This document shows, in pieces, positions 36,823 to 45,413 of a DNA stretch of 64,000 bases. The notes beneath the pieces are model-generated. The model saw nothing but the letters and a program-made list of their open reading frames with translations, was not told where the DNA came from and made no database searches. This DNA comes from a virus, in the IMG/VR virus record IMGVR_UViG_3300032236_001082, positions 1 through 64,000 of that record. One strand, 5' to 3'. Each line of letters opens with the position of its first letter. Positions within the stretch are counted from its first letter, which is position 1. The position numbers and the translations under genes were made by a program.

Positions 36823-36852
36823 TGGACAAATGTCAGTGGGGTATGGTATTAT
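36823..36852 (+). promoter_or_regulatory. PafBC/RecA-NDp-type promoter
   Basis: TGGACA then TGTCAG-N10-TATTAT. Confidence 0.7.
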
Positions 36853-36882
36853 ATGACCCTAATTACGAACAAAGGATATAAA

Positions 36883-37557
36883 ATGCCAAACTGGGTATAT
36901 AATGGATTAACTGCACAAGGTCCAAAAGAATCTGTGTATAAGATGAAAGAGCAATTGAATACACCTTTTGTAGACTATATAGAGGCTACAGGTGATTTGG
37001 CTTATGGTATTAAGCAGACTAAGTATTCTAATCCCGTCTTTTCTTTCCGTAACATTATCGCCCCCACCAATCTTGAAGAATATAAGAAGCAACCTTTTAC
37101 TTTTAATGGTGATGAACGTACTGAGAATCCTGATTCTTGGTATAACTTTAATATCCGTAACTGGGGTGTTAAATGGGATGTAGCCGTATCTAATGATAAC
37201 GAGCATCCTGAGACATATATGGAAGAGTTTGAGGATGAATGGACTGCATCTGTATACTATAACTTTAATACTGCTTGGGGTATTCCACTACCTGCCTTAA
37301 CTACATTGTCATCTCAGTATCCCGACCTTTTGTTTACTTTGTCTTACGAAGAAGAAACTGGTTGGGGCGGAGAAATGGAACTGCTACGAGGTGTGGTAAT
37401 CAGTGATAATCAGTATGGCTGGAAGTGTCGTGAGTGTGACCACACCGAGGAAGACACACCTTACTGCGAAGAGTGCGAATACGATATGTGTCCAAAATGT
37501 GGGTGGGGAGAACCATCAGAAACCTGTGCGGTACATAAGGAAGAGGTGAATGCATAA
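36883..37557 (+). CDS. DUF1281/YubB (Api92-like ferredoxin-fold) protein with C-terminal Zn ribbons
   Basis: MPNW..N, WY.FN..NWG.KWD, F.TAW..P, YEEE.GWGG; three CxxC. Confidence 0.8.
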   Translation: MPNWVYNGLTAQGPKESVYKMKEQLNTPFVDYIEATGDLAYGIKQTKYSNPVFSFRNIIAPTNLEEYKKQPFTFNGDERTENPDSWYNFNIRNWGVKWDVAVSNDNEHPETYMEEFEDEWTASVYYNFNTAWGIPLPALTTLSSQYPDLLFTLSYEEETGWGGEMELLRGVVISDNQYGWKCRECDHTEEDTPYCEECEYDMCPKCGWGEPSETCAVHKEEVNA

Positions 37558-38159
37558 TGGATCAAAGCTGGAATAAGTATACACACGTATGCCATACTTG
37601 TGATGCCTTAATTGAATATACCTCTACCAGAAATGTGACAGACATCACATGCGAATGTGGCGGGAATACCGTACTTTTGTCAGTGGCTGGTGCTACAATA
37701 CTCCCTATAACCGATAAGAAAGAAGAAGCAATGGAAACCACAACTACCGTCCCACAGACAATTACTCTTGACTGGGTTGAGAATGATGTCACCAAGACAA
37801 CCACATATACTGAATCAGATATTCGCAATATGGTTTGGCAGAACAAGAATCTTTATTCAAAGCAAAACGAGTACTACCGCAAGGAATCACAACTCCGTAC
37901 TTTGCTTGAAGAGGTTTATGCTGACTCATCAGAGCAGGACACACTTGCTCAGATTGCAGAAATCTTTGATGTATCATTAACTAAGGAAATCGAAGTTACT
38001 GCTTGGGTTCGTGTTGACATGGTTATCGAAGTTGACATGGCTGAAGGCGACTACGACATCGAACAGTTGGTTTCTGATAACTTGACTATTGATTCATATG
38101 GTTCAGAGATTACAGTTAACAACCACGAGATTGACCGAGTAGAGGAAGGTGCATATTAA
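37557..38159 (+). CDS. Early protein; probable second in-frame start at 37731
   Basis: N-terminal CxxC..CxC part holds TGTCAG-N10-TACAAT (37678-37699) and an RBS before ATG 37731. Confidence 0.65.
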   Translation: MDQSWNKYTHVCHTCDALIEYTSTRNVTDITCECGGNTVLLSVAGATILPITDKKEEAMETTTTVPQTITLDWVENDVTKTTTYTESDIRNMVWQNKNLYSKQNEYYRKESQLRTLLEEVYADSSEQDTLAQIAEIFDVSLTKEIEVTAWVRVDMVIEVDMAEGDYDIEQLVSDNLTIDSYGSEITVNNHEIDRVEEGAY

Positions 38160-38335
38160 TGGCACGTACTAGTTTTATCTCAGGCACGGTTTACGAAGTA
38201 AACTATCCAGATGGTCAGGAAGACCTTTTGGAACAGGCTTACAATGCATTTTGGGATTTTGGAGCAGAGATGCCAGAAGGCTTTGAAATCTACGAATCAG
38301 ATGTTACACATTTTTGGGAAGGAGAGACAGTTTAA
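38159..38335 (+). CDS. Small acidic hypothetical protein (58 aa)
   Basis: Read manually; TAATG coupling at both ends. Confidence 0.55.
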   Translation: MARTSFISGTVYEVNYPDGQEDLLEQAYNAFWDFGAEMPEGFEIYESDVTHFWEGETV

Positions 38336-38544
38336 TGTCTATTTACACAGTTGATGCTGGTTCCCGCCAAACGGCGGGAGCAATTATGATGGAGGCTTGG
38401 AAGTATGGCATAGAGGTAGAACACCTATATGGCAACCAGGTAGAACTATGTTCGGGTAATGAAGAAAAGCTGGATTTAGTTATTAATAAGTTTGCAGGTA
38501 TCAAAGTACTACATAAAGAACTAATTAAGGAGATCTTTGAGTGA
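38335..38544 (+). CDS. Early hypothetical protein
   Basis: Coupled start 38335 (MSIYTVDAG). Confidence 0.55.
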   Translation: MSIYTVDAGSRQTAGAIMMEAWKYGIEVEHLYGNQVELCSGNEEKLDLVINKFAGIKVLHKELIKEIFE

Positions 38545-38696
38545 ACGAGTTAATTGAATATATTAAGTTACATCTAATTAGTTTAGAACAAGACCTAGAT
38601 GGTGAAACAAATGACTATGACATTAGTTATATCCAAGGGGCTATAGATGCCACTGGACACATACTTGACACAGCCAAGACATATATGGTAGGATAA
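38541..38696 (+). CDS. Small hypothetical protein (51 aa)
   Basis: GTGA overlap; AAGGAG RBS; QGAIDAT.HIL. Confidence 0.5.
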   Translation: MNELIEYIKLHLISLEQDLDGETNDYDISYIQGAIDATGHILDTAKTYMVG

Positions 38697-38701
38697 CGCC
38701 C

Positions 38702-39061
38702 ATGAATATAACACCACAAGAACGTATGGACCTACTGCTAGATATCAATGTCAGTATGACTAAGTATACTGATTCCAATGGGTCAGATTGGCGTCCCGCC
38801 ATTCAAGACTATGTAACCTATCATACACTACGCAATATGTATGAGGATGACTACAGCGAACTTAAGCCGTACACACTATGGCGTAAGAAACCTGATGAGA
38901 TTATGCTTAGCATAATTAATTCCACACAACTATTCACAATTGACTTTGGGTGGGAAGACCTACACGAATCAATCCGTGAGTGGCTAATCGAAGAAGAATT
39001 CATCGTAGATGCCGATGAAGCAAGTGAAGAAGAATACAAACAACTAATGGAGGAGATGTAA
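38702..39061 (+). CDS. Early hypothetical protein; contains PafBC-type promoter for the next gene
   Basis: 119 aa; TGTCAG-N10-TATACT at 38749-38770. Confidence 0.65.
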   Translation: MNITPQERMDLLLDINVSMTKYTDSNGSDWRPAIQDYVTYHTLRNMYEDDYSELKPYTLWRKKPDEIMLSIINSTQLFTIDFGWEDLHESIREWLIEEEFIVDADEASEEEYKQLMEEM

Positions 39062-39062
39062 C

Positions 39063-39257
39063 ATGGCAGCAAAGAAGACAGCAACAGAGACAGCAGCACC
39101 AACAGTCCCAGCACGTGAGTTCCTAGTATCAAAGGGCTTTAAGCCTGGTGCACGTGGCCGCTTTAGCACTGAGATGGTAAAGGCACTGCAGGATGCAGGC
39201 TATCCAATTAAGGCACCAAAAGAGCGTTCAAAGGTTACTTCGGTCCCTTTAGCGTAA
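39063..39257 (+). CDS. Lsr2-like DNA-binding domain protein (RGR AT-hook)
   Basis: AREFL.SKG...GARGRFS.E...A resembles the Lsr2 C-terminal domain; no oligomerisation domain. Confidence 0.7.
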   Translation: MAAKKTATETAAPTVPAREFLVSKGFKPGARGRFSTEMVKALQDAGYPIKAPKERSKVTSVPLA

Positions 39258-39460
39258 ACCCTTACTTCGAACTGCCCCCGATCCGAGTATCACGTACACT
39301 GTACGGGCTCGATAGGTTGGGGGCACGTATCGGGTATGTAATGTGCGGGGATTGCAAATTGCACATGTCCTATTGCAATTGCGACGGGGGAGTAAAAGCT
39401 CCGTCTCAAATAGTGAAAGCACTTGATAATCTAGTACGACTATGATAGAATGGGGGACTT

Positions 39461-39712
39461 ATGGCTATCAGTATAAATCAGAAATATGTTAAACAGACTA
39501 ATGATATGTTGCTTAACGCAGAGGCTAATTTAGAACTAATTGCCACTCAGTTAAACACACTACCTGCCCGAGAGCAGAACAGATTGTTTAGGATTATCCT
39601 AAGTTATATAGACATTGTTTCTAATTCTAGAAACGCTGGTATGAAGGATATGATTAACCTATCTAAAGATATAATGGACACCGTAAATCTATACTATGAG
39701 GAGAATCAATAA
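39461..39712 (+). CDS. Hypothetical protein
   Basis: 83 aa; TTGATA...TAGAAT promoter upstream. Confidence 0.6.
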   Translation: MAISINQKYVKQTNDMLLNAEANLELIATQLNTLPAREQNRLFRIILSYIDIVSNSRNAGMKDMINLSKDIMDTVNLYYEENQ

Positions 39713-40098
39713 TGGGAGCCCGAGTTAACTTTGTATTTAAGACAGAATTAGATAAGCCTAACATTGTGCTATATAGCCACTGGGGTGAAACTACGTGGCG
39801 TGAGGATTTGGCTATGGCTATTGCTAAGTCACAATCCCGCCTCAAATTGGGTGATACCTCATATGCCACCCGCATTATCATGTCACAGTTGATTGGATCA
39901 GATTGGGATTCAGAGACGGGATATGGAATTCACCTAGCAACAGATGAAGAACTAAATGAAGGTATGTTTGACTTTTGGGTAGAGATTGATATGACTACTC
40001 AAATGGTTAATGATTCAGGGCATTGGCATTCATTTGAATCATTCAGGGAATATCACCTTGAAGAGATGACAGCCAACCATTCATTTGACAGCATTTAA
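39712..40098 (+). CDS. Conserved-type phage hypothetical protein
   Basis: MGAR.N...VLYSHWG...D.SYATRI...W..ETGYGI. Confidence 0.7.
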   Translation: MGARVNFVFKTELDKPNIVLYSHWGETTWREDLAMAIAKSQSRLKLGDTSYATRIIMSQLIGSDWDSETGYGIHLATDEELNEGMFDFWVEIDMTTQMVNDSGHWHSFESFREYHLEEMTANHSFDSI

Positions 40099-40159
40099 TA
40101 TGCAATGGTATAATAATAAAACGAGATAGGGCGTTCAGGCTTTCTGCCAAGTCCATTAT

Positions 40160-40200
40160 AAGACCCCTTGGGATTCGGGACCCAGGGGGTCTTTTCTTTT
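40160..40200 (+). terminator. Intrinsic terminator closing the early module
   Basis: AAGACCCCTTGGG...CCCAGGGGGTCTT followed by a T-tract. Confidence 0.75.
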
Positions 40201-40670
40201 GTCCACATATGTCCGTTATGTCCTATTTCGCGCGTATATATTTATTTTGGTAAGGATTACGAAGGGGGTCAAAAATCTCCACGACTTTTTGGGCGGGACA
40301 TTACGATGGCAGCTTAAAATCTCCAAACAAGTACTGGTATAAACACCTATATAAAATAGATCAATAATCAAACAAAACATATATAAAACTAAAGAAACAT
40401 AATCACAATTGGACAATATGGTAGACATTCTGTCTATTTTTGTCCATATTTGTGAGTGTGACCAAATATGACCATATATTGACCATATAACACTTGACAC
40501 ATATAATTTTATATGCACATGTGGATATAGGCTGTGGATAACTTTATATGGATTTGACATGCATAATATTATGTGGTTTATTACATGTATCTAATATCTG
40601 TGGATAACATGTGTATAAATTGTGGATAAGGGTGTATATATTCTCCACTATGCTCCACTATACTCCACTT
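40199..40670. other. Origin-like non-coding region with DnaA boxes and short direct repeats
   Basis: TGTGGATAA at 40533, 40599, 40621; TGTGTATAA 40610; TTGTCCACA 40199; (CTCCACT)x3 at 10-nt spacing from 40643. Confidence 0.65.
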
Positions 40671-41145
40671 TAAAAGGGTCTAGGAGCCTGTATGAGAGGT
40701 TATCTATGCGTGATTGATATAGGATATGGCGGGATTATGAACAGTCTGTGCAATAATTCTCAGCCCTAAGATGTTCTGAAACACGATATATGGCTGTACC
40801 ACAATGAGCACATCTTAATTCTATAAGGTCAGATTGCTCCAATTTAATCTTAAATGATCTGGTATAGTATAGCTTTGTTATATACCATATGGCTAGGAGT
40901 TCTAATATCATTCAATCCCCCGCCCTATTACAAGTCTTCTTTATCAATATCTTCTTCCAGATCCAGATCATATTCCCACATAGTTCCCCATCGAATATGT
41001 GGCTTTAGGAATATAGCAGATATTCTCCCGCAAATATTACCTATTATATTTAAGATCGGATTGTCCGATCCTTGTACTTTGTTCCAGTTTTCGCTCATTT
41101 TTGTGCCCCAATACGGCTTATAATTACAACTGATATAATTGTACC

Positions 41146-42210
41146 ATGACTGTAATTATACCGTTTGGTGCCAACTGCGTACCTGCTAACATATTAAAAA
41201 ATCAGAAGAATCTGAGGAATGCTCATCTACCCTTTGACTGGGTATTTGCCTATCCAGAGTATATTAAGAAAGCTTTAGATACAGACTTTGATGGTTGGTT
41301 GGACCCACAGTATATGACTCGTATAGATGATAATGCTGCAGGATATAGTACCAAACATTCCCTCTACCCGCTTAAACCTGAAAATGAACAGGGTGGACTA
41401 TCTGGTTTCTTTGAGCACTTTGATATGACTGACCCAGATAACCGTGAGAAATATGCCAGAGCAATAACTAGATTTAAGAATCTAATCCAGTCAGATGAGC
41501 ACTTGGTATTCTTCACAACAATAGATTATGAGACCCTACAGCAGTATGGGTTGGTTGATTATTTTAATAGAAACAATACGGAATTCTTGATTTTAAAGCA
41601 TATAGAATCAAATGATAATGTCATTGGATTTGAAGATAGAGGTACCCATTGTGTTATATATCAGCATACACCTAGTTGGAATGAAGAATGGGAATGGATC
41701 AGAAATATAATCAGAGATAGATATAACCTGAAGCCAGGAACATTGTTTCACTTTGTAGATGCTTGTATTAATAATAATTTAGAATACGCTGTGTATCGCA
41801 ACTGGCATCAGCCAACTCCTACTTGGGCAGAGTTTGAGAACTTATACAACACAGTTAGACAGTCTGGTCGTATATCAATTAAAGGATTAGATATAACACC
41901 AGAGATGGAATTCTTTAAAAAGGCTGCAATTGAAGTTTATCCAGAAATAGAGTATGAGTTGTTTGCTATGGAAGCTGAGTCATTTCGTAATTTAGATCCC
42001 GCCAATTCTGGTACCTATCAGCATACAGACCCGCATGATGTAATTCACTGGCAGTGCCGTGGTGCTTCGGAGTGGTTTATGGGAGAAGAGATGCAATCAT
42101 TTATATTAGAACCAGGAGATTTGATCTGGTTTAAGGCAGGAACAAAGCATAAAATTGAAAATATAACAGAAAAATATGCACTGATATTTAATTGTGGATT
42201 GCTGCCTTAA
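41146..42210 (+). CDS. DUF1796 papain-like domain fused to JmjC/cupin oxygenase domain
   Basis: PFG.NC..A..L...LR....PFDW; C-terminal HTD..DV..WQ..G...W...LEPGD..W...G..H. Confidence 0.7.
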   Translation: MTVIIPFGANCVPANILKNQKNLRNAHLPFDWVFAYPEYIKKALDTDFDGWLDPQYMTRIDDNAAGYSTKHSLYPLKPENEQGGLSGFFEHFDMTDPDNREKYARAITRFKNLIQSDEHLVFFTTIDYETLQQYGLVDYFNRNNTEFLILKHIESNDNVIGFEDRGTHCVIYQHTPSWNEEWEWIRNIIRDRYNLKPGTLFHFVDACINNNLEYAVYRNWHQPTPTWAEFENLYNTVRQSGRISIKGLDITPEMEFFKKAAIEVYPEIEYELFAMEAESFRNLDPANSGTYQHTDPHDVIHWQCRGASEWFMGEEMQSFILEPGDLIWFKAGTKHKIENITEKYALIFNCGLLP

Positions 42211-42464
42211 TCAGCAGCATAATTAGATAGATGTACTAGGCATACTGATAGCTCTTTGCCATCTTTCCATTCATTATATAACCCTGCTCTATAGCAATAG
42301 TGGCATTTGTAATTATTAAATATATCTTTAATTGATATCATCTTTGCCCTCCCGCTTTCTTAAATATCTTTGTATATAACGCTTTAGCCCCGCACGTCGC
42401 CCACTTACCTCATAAAATGCATGAATCAATGGATCGTGGTTTACCACGTGTCCTTCATTTTCGC

Positions 42465-42692
42465 TCATTTATCGCCAAAGTCGTTCTTATGTTCGTATTG
42501 CAATGGTGTTAGTTTCATTATTTCTTCTTTTAGCCGTTTGTTCTCAAGCTGTAGGTATGTGTAATGGAGTTGATTACCACTTAAAGCATCTGGAGTTTTG
42601 TCCTTCAGCTTCTCTTCATAATAATGAATCGCTGCCACAATAAACAAAGTCAAGAAAGCACAATAAACTAATAATACTGACTGCATTACCAA
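42465..42692 (-). CDS. Small membrane-anchored coiled-coil protein
   Basis: N-terminal hydrophobic helix. Confidence 0.5.
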   Translation of the reverse strand: MVMQSVLLVYCAFLTLFIVAAIHYYEEKLKDKTPDALSGNQLHYTYLQLENKRLKEEIMKLTPLQYEHKNDFGDK

Positions 42693-42931
42693 ACCTCATC
42701 AACATTAAACTCAGGCTTAGGATTATCCCTTTCGTACATAATACCTTTAAGGTATACGCAAAGGTCCAAAGCTTCCTCGTAAGCGTCCTGTAGCATGTCT
42801 CTGCCGTTGTATGCCTGCAAGCCAGTGCCATACCGCTCTATGCCCAATTCAAGGCGTTTTGCCATATCTTCTATGACCATCTTCTGCAAGATCGGATTGC
42901 CGTTTATAGTTGGAATTGGTTGCTCTGTCAT
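42686..42931 (-). CDS. Conserved phage protein (all-alpha NTP-pyrophosphatase-like)
   Basis: R...G..RYGT.L...NGRD.L.DAYEEALD...YL. Confidence 0.55.
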   Translation of the reverse strand: MTEQPIPTINGNPILQKMVIEDMAKRLELGIERYGTGLQAYNGRDMLQDAYEEALDLCVYLKGIMYERDNPKPEFNVDEVW

Positions 42932-43890
42932 ATATTTAATTCTTTTCTAGTCTTGATTACGCAAGCAATTTGTGACTCTACCACCTGTGAGTATTTTGGT
43001 GAATCTAAGTCAATTGAATCTAATGAATCAAATATAACTGGCATAACCCTATCTAGTGAATACTTTTTACGGTCTTCATCTAATGCCTTTTGGAAATCTT
43101 CTGGACTTAAAGCTTCCATCTTTTCGTAATATTCTTTTGGATGTGGGGCAGATAAGAACTGTCTGATATAGAACTTAGACTTATCTCCTGATAGTTTTCC
43201 TACGCCATGGTAGTAATCTGTGGGGAAGATCATTCCGTCTCCCGCCTCCATCTTGTATGAGAAGTAATCCTCAATTAGCCAAGCTTCTTTTTCTTTTCCA
43301 GAATAAGTGTCAATGTACTTTGCCTTCTCAACGCCTTCGTGAGTAAAGAATATAATCTCTCCACCCTCGTAATCATCATTTACATAAATATTAAAGTTGA
43401 ATATGTGGCTAGAACCGCCCCACCAATGCATTACATCTTGGTGAATCTTCATCTGATAGTCTGAATCAGCATTTAAAGATGTTTCAAATATAGGCATATC
43501 TGCCATGCTGTGGGTGAAATTACCAGCAGCCAATCTTGCTTCTAATTCTTCAAGGCTAGTAGGAAAGTCTGAACTCCAGTTGTATTTATCAAAATAGCTT
43601 TGATCCAAGAACTTATTTTTATATACCTTTAGAACGTTAAAGAATATATCCAAACACTCTTTTTGCAAATCCGCTCCCGCAGAATCACTGTCTTTATAAG
43701 ACTTATCCTCATTTGGATACATCTTTGAATAATTACCCCAAGGCAACCATGTAGTCCAAGTATCTTTATTTGCATATGGATCATCTCCAGTTTTTGAATC
43801 TAGGATGAATTGATATGTTTTCTGGGGGTCCTTGAGTACATTCTTAAACAGTACTACTCCATGACCTAAATCTATTGGGTTAAGTTCCAT
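42928..43890 (-). CDS. 2OG-Fe(II) oxygenase
   Basis: HQD...YVNDDYEGGEI...AGD..IFP..YYHGV; resembles 8086..8922. Confidence 0.85.
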   Translation of the reverse strand: MELNPIDLGHGVVLFKNVLKDPQKTYQFILDSKTGDDPYANKDTWTTWLPWGNYSKMYPNEDKSYKDSDSAGADLQKECLDIFFNVLKVYKNKFLDQSYFDKYNWSSDFPTSLEELEARLAAGNFTHSMADMPIFETSLNADSDYQMKIHQDVMHWWGGSSHIFNFNIYVNDDYEGGEIIFFTHEGVEKAKYIDTYSGKEKEAWLIEDYFSYKMEAGDGMIFPTDYYHGVGKLSGDKSKFYIRQFLSAPHPKEYYEKMEALSPEDFQKALDEDRKKYSLDRVMPVIFDSLDSIDLDSPKYSQVVESQIACVIKTRKELNI

Positions 43891-43932
43891 GTCTTGCCTT
43901 TCGGTTATACAACAATTATATCATTAATTTAA

Positions 43933-44475
43933 TTACTGGGTTACTGCATAAAACAATATTAAATTAGCACGTTCGCCATAGATAACGTCTTTAACTTCAT
44001 GGGGATGATTTTCGTCTCCCTTAAAATAAATTAAAGTTCCCTTTGTAGGCTTATATGCTGTTCCGCTTTCGGGTGTGCCAGAGTTATCATCATAAAACCA
44101 GATCTCCCCGCCTTCGTAATCATCTGTAAGGTAAAGCAAAGCCGAGTAGTAGGCATCTGTGTAGCCATCAACACCACCGTATGCATCGGTATGCCAACCA
44201 AGCCCCTCACCCTTTTGCAGCACTTGATAAAGCACTCTATCTAATTTGATAGAAGCTTTTGGGAATCCAAATTGATTTGAAATAGAATCAATAGTTAAAT
44301 TAATTAAATCATGCACCACCTTGCTGTCAAGCCCTGGATTGGAGTTTAAGTGTAATGGGTTTAAAGGTACATTTAAAACGCCTCTTGGGTTTATTTCTGC
44401 TTTAGGTCTTAAGTAATTGTTTATATACTCTGCTGTTTCTTGATTTATAAAATCATCAACTATTGTTGGTTGCAT
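43933..44475 (-). CDS. 2OG-Fe(II) oxygenase
   Basis: WHTD...YL.DDYEGGEI...HEV..V..GER. Confidence 0.88.
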   Translation of the reverse strand: MQPTIVDDFINQETAEYINNYLRPKAEINPRGVLNVPLNPLHLNSNPGLDSKVVHDLINLTIDSISNQFGFPKASIKLDRVLYQVLQKGEGLGWHTDAYGGVDGYTDAYYSALLYLTDDYEGGEIWFYDDNSGTPESGTAYKPTKGTLIYFKGDENHPHEVKDVIYGERANLILFYAVTQ

Positions 44476-44724
44476 CTACCATTCCTGCCCGTTGTTGGGT
44501 ACATCTTTGTTGTTGATAATTACCCATAAAGCTTTCTGAACACAAACTGCTACCCCGTCTCCAAATCTATGCTGGAAGGTAAGTTCTTTTTCCCAATGGA
44601 CATCATCTCTTGTTGTTACAGCATATTCTACCACATCATCTATTTCTTGAGGCCAATGGCGACTGCCTATTTGAAGATCCATTATTTCAGTTTCATTAAT
44701 CTTAACAGTTACATAAATTGACAT
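44476..44724 (-). CDS. Hypothetical protein
   Basis: 82 aa, coupled to thyX. Confidence 0.55.
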   Translation of the reverse strand: MSIYVTVKINETEIMDLQIGSRHWPQEIDDVVEYAVTTRDDVHWEKELTFQHRFGDGVAVCVQKALWVIINNKDVPNNGQEW

Positions 44725-45413
44725 TATTTAATTGCTCCCATTACATTTGGAAAAGCTGATTTAGTTAATTCATTTACAGCTTTTGCGTACTCTTGAATTT
44801 CTACCTGTGCGTCGTGTGGCAATCTTTGATCTAAGAATGTTAGTACCCCTTGTAAACTTACTGTCCACCGCCATCTTACGTACATGCCATATGCAGGTAA
44901 AAATAACCTAGCTAATTCTGGTGCTACGTTAAAATCCATAGCAGCTTGATAAAGTGCAACGCCAGAGTTAACATACTGATTTAATTTTTCAGATAAATTT
45001 TTGCCCATATCTTCATTGACTGGTAAACCTGAACCTTGTTTAGAATTTTCTGGCTTTGAACGCCAAGCGTCTGCGTCTGGTATATAGAATTCTTCCTGCT
45101 CTGTAATATATCTGCGAGATGACTCGTTCCAACCATTTTGATCATCAATATGAGTGGATGCTACTGCGTACTTCCACCATTGACGTGCCACCATGAGTGG
45201 GGCATATACCTCAAAGGTAAGGGCAGCGTGGCGGAGTGGTGATGTATGCTCTTCCCTAATTAAAAAATTAATTAGCTTAACATCTTTGTCTGTGAACTCC
45301 GCCGATTCCTTGTCATAACTGACACGGGCTGCATTTACTATAGATAAGTCGTTACCCAAAACATCCACTAGGCGAACATATCCCTTATCTAAAACTGTGA
45401 TTTTATCAGTCAA
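44724..45413 (-). CDS. thyX: Flavin-dependent thymidylate synthase
   Basis: AARVS, H.SPL.H, ARQW, NESSRRY, ELAR..LP, RL..DAQ.EI. Confidence 0.9.
   Translation of the reverse strand: MTDKITVLDKGYVRLVDVLGNDLSIVNAARVSYDKESAEFTDKDVKLINFLIREEHTSPLRHAALTFEVYAPLMVARQWWKYAVASTHIDDQNGWNESSRRYITEQEEFYIPDADAWRSKPENSKQGSGLPVNEDMGKNLSEKLNQYVNSGVALYQAAMDFNVAPELARLFLPAYGMYVRWRWTVSLQGVLTFLDQRLPHDAQVEIQEYAKAVNELTKSAFPNVMGAIK

Noticed and set aside
30417-40200. Restriction-site (GATC) avoidance or LexA SOS boxes in the early module
   Set aside because: GATC occurs (e.g. ~31513, ~32199) and no TCGAAC-N4-GTTCGA box was seen; a k-mer count would be needed for a depletion claim.
40216-41123. ORFs 40216..40560 and 40854..41123
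   Set aside because: No recognisable motifs or RBS; they run across repeat-rich, origin-like DNA.
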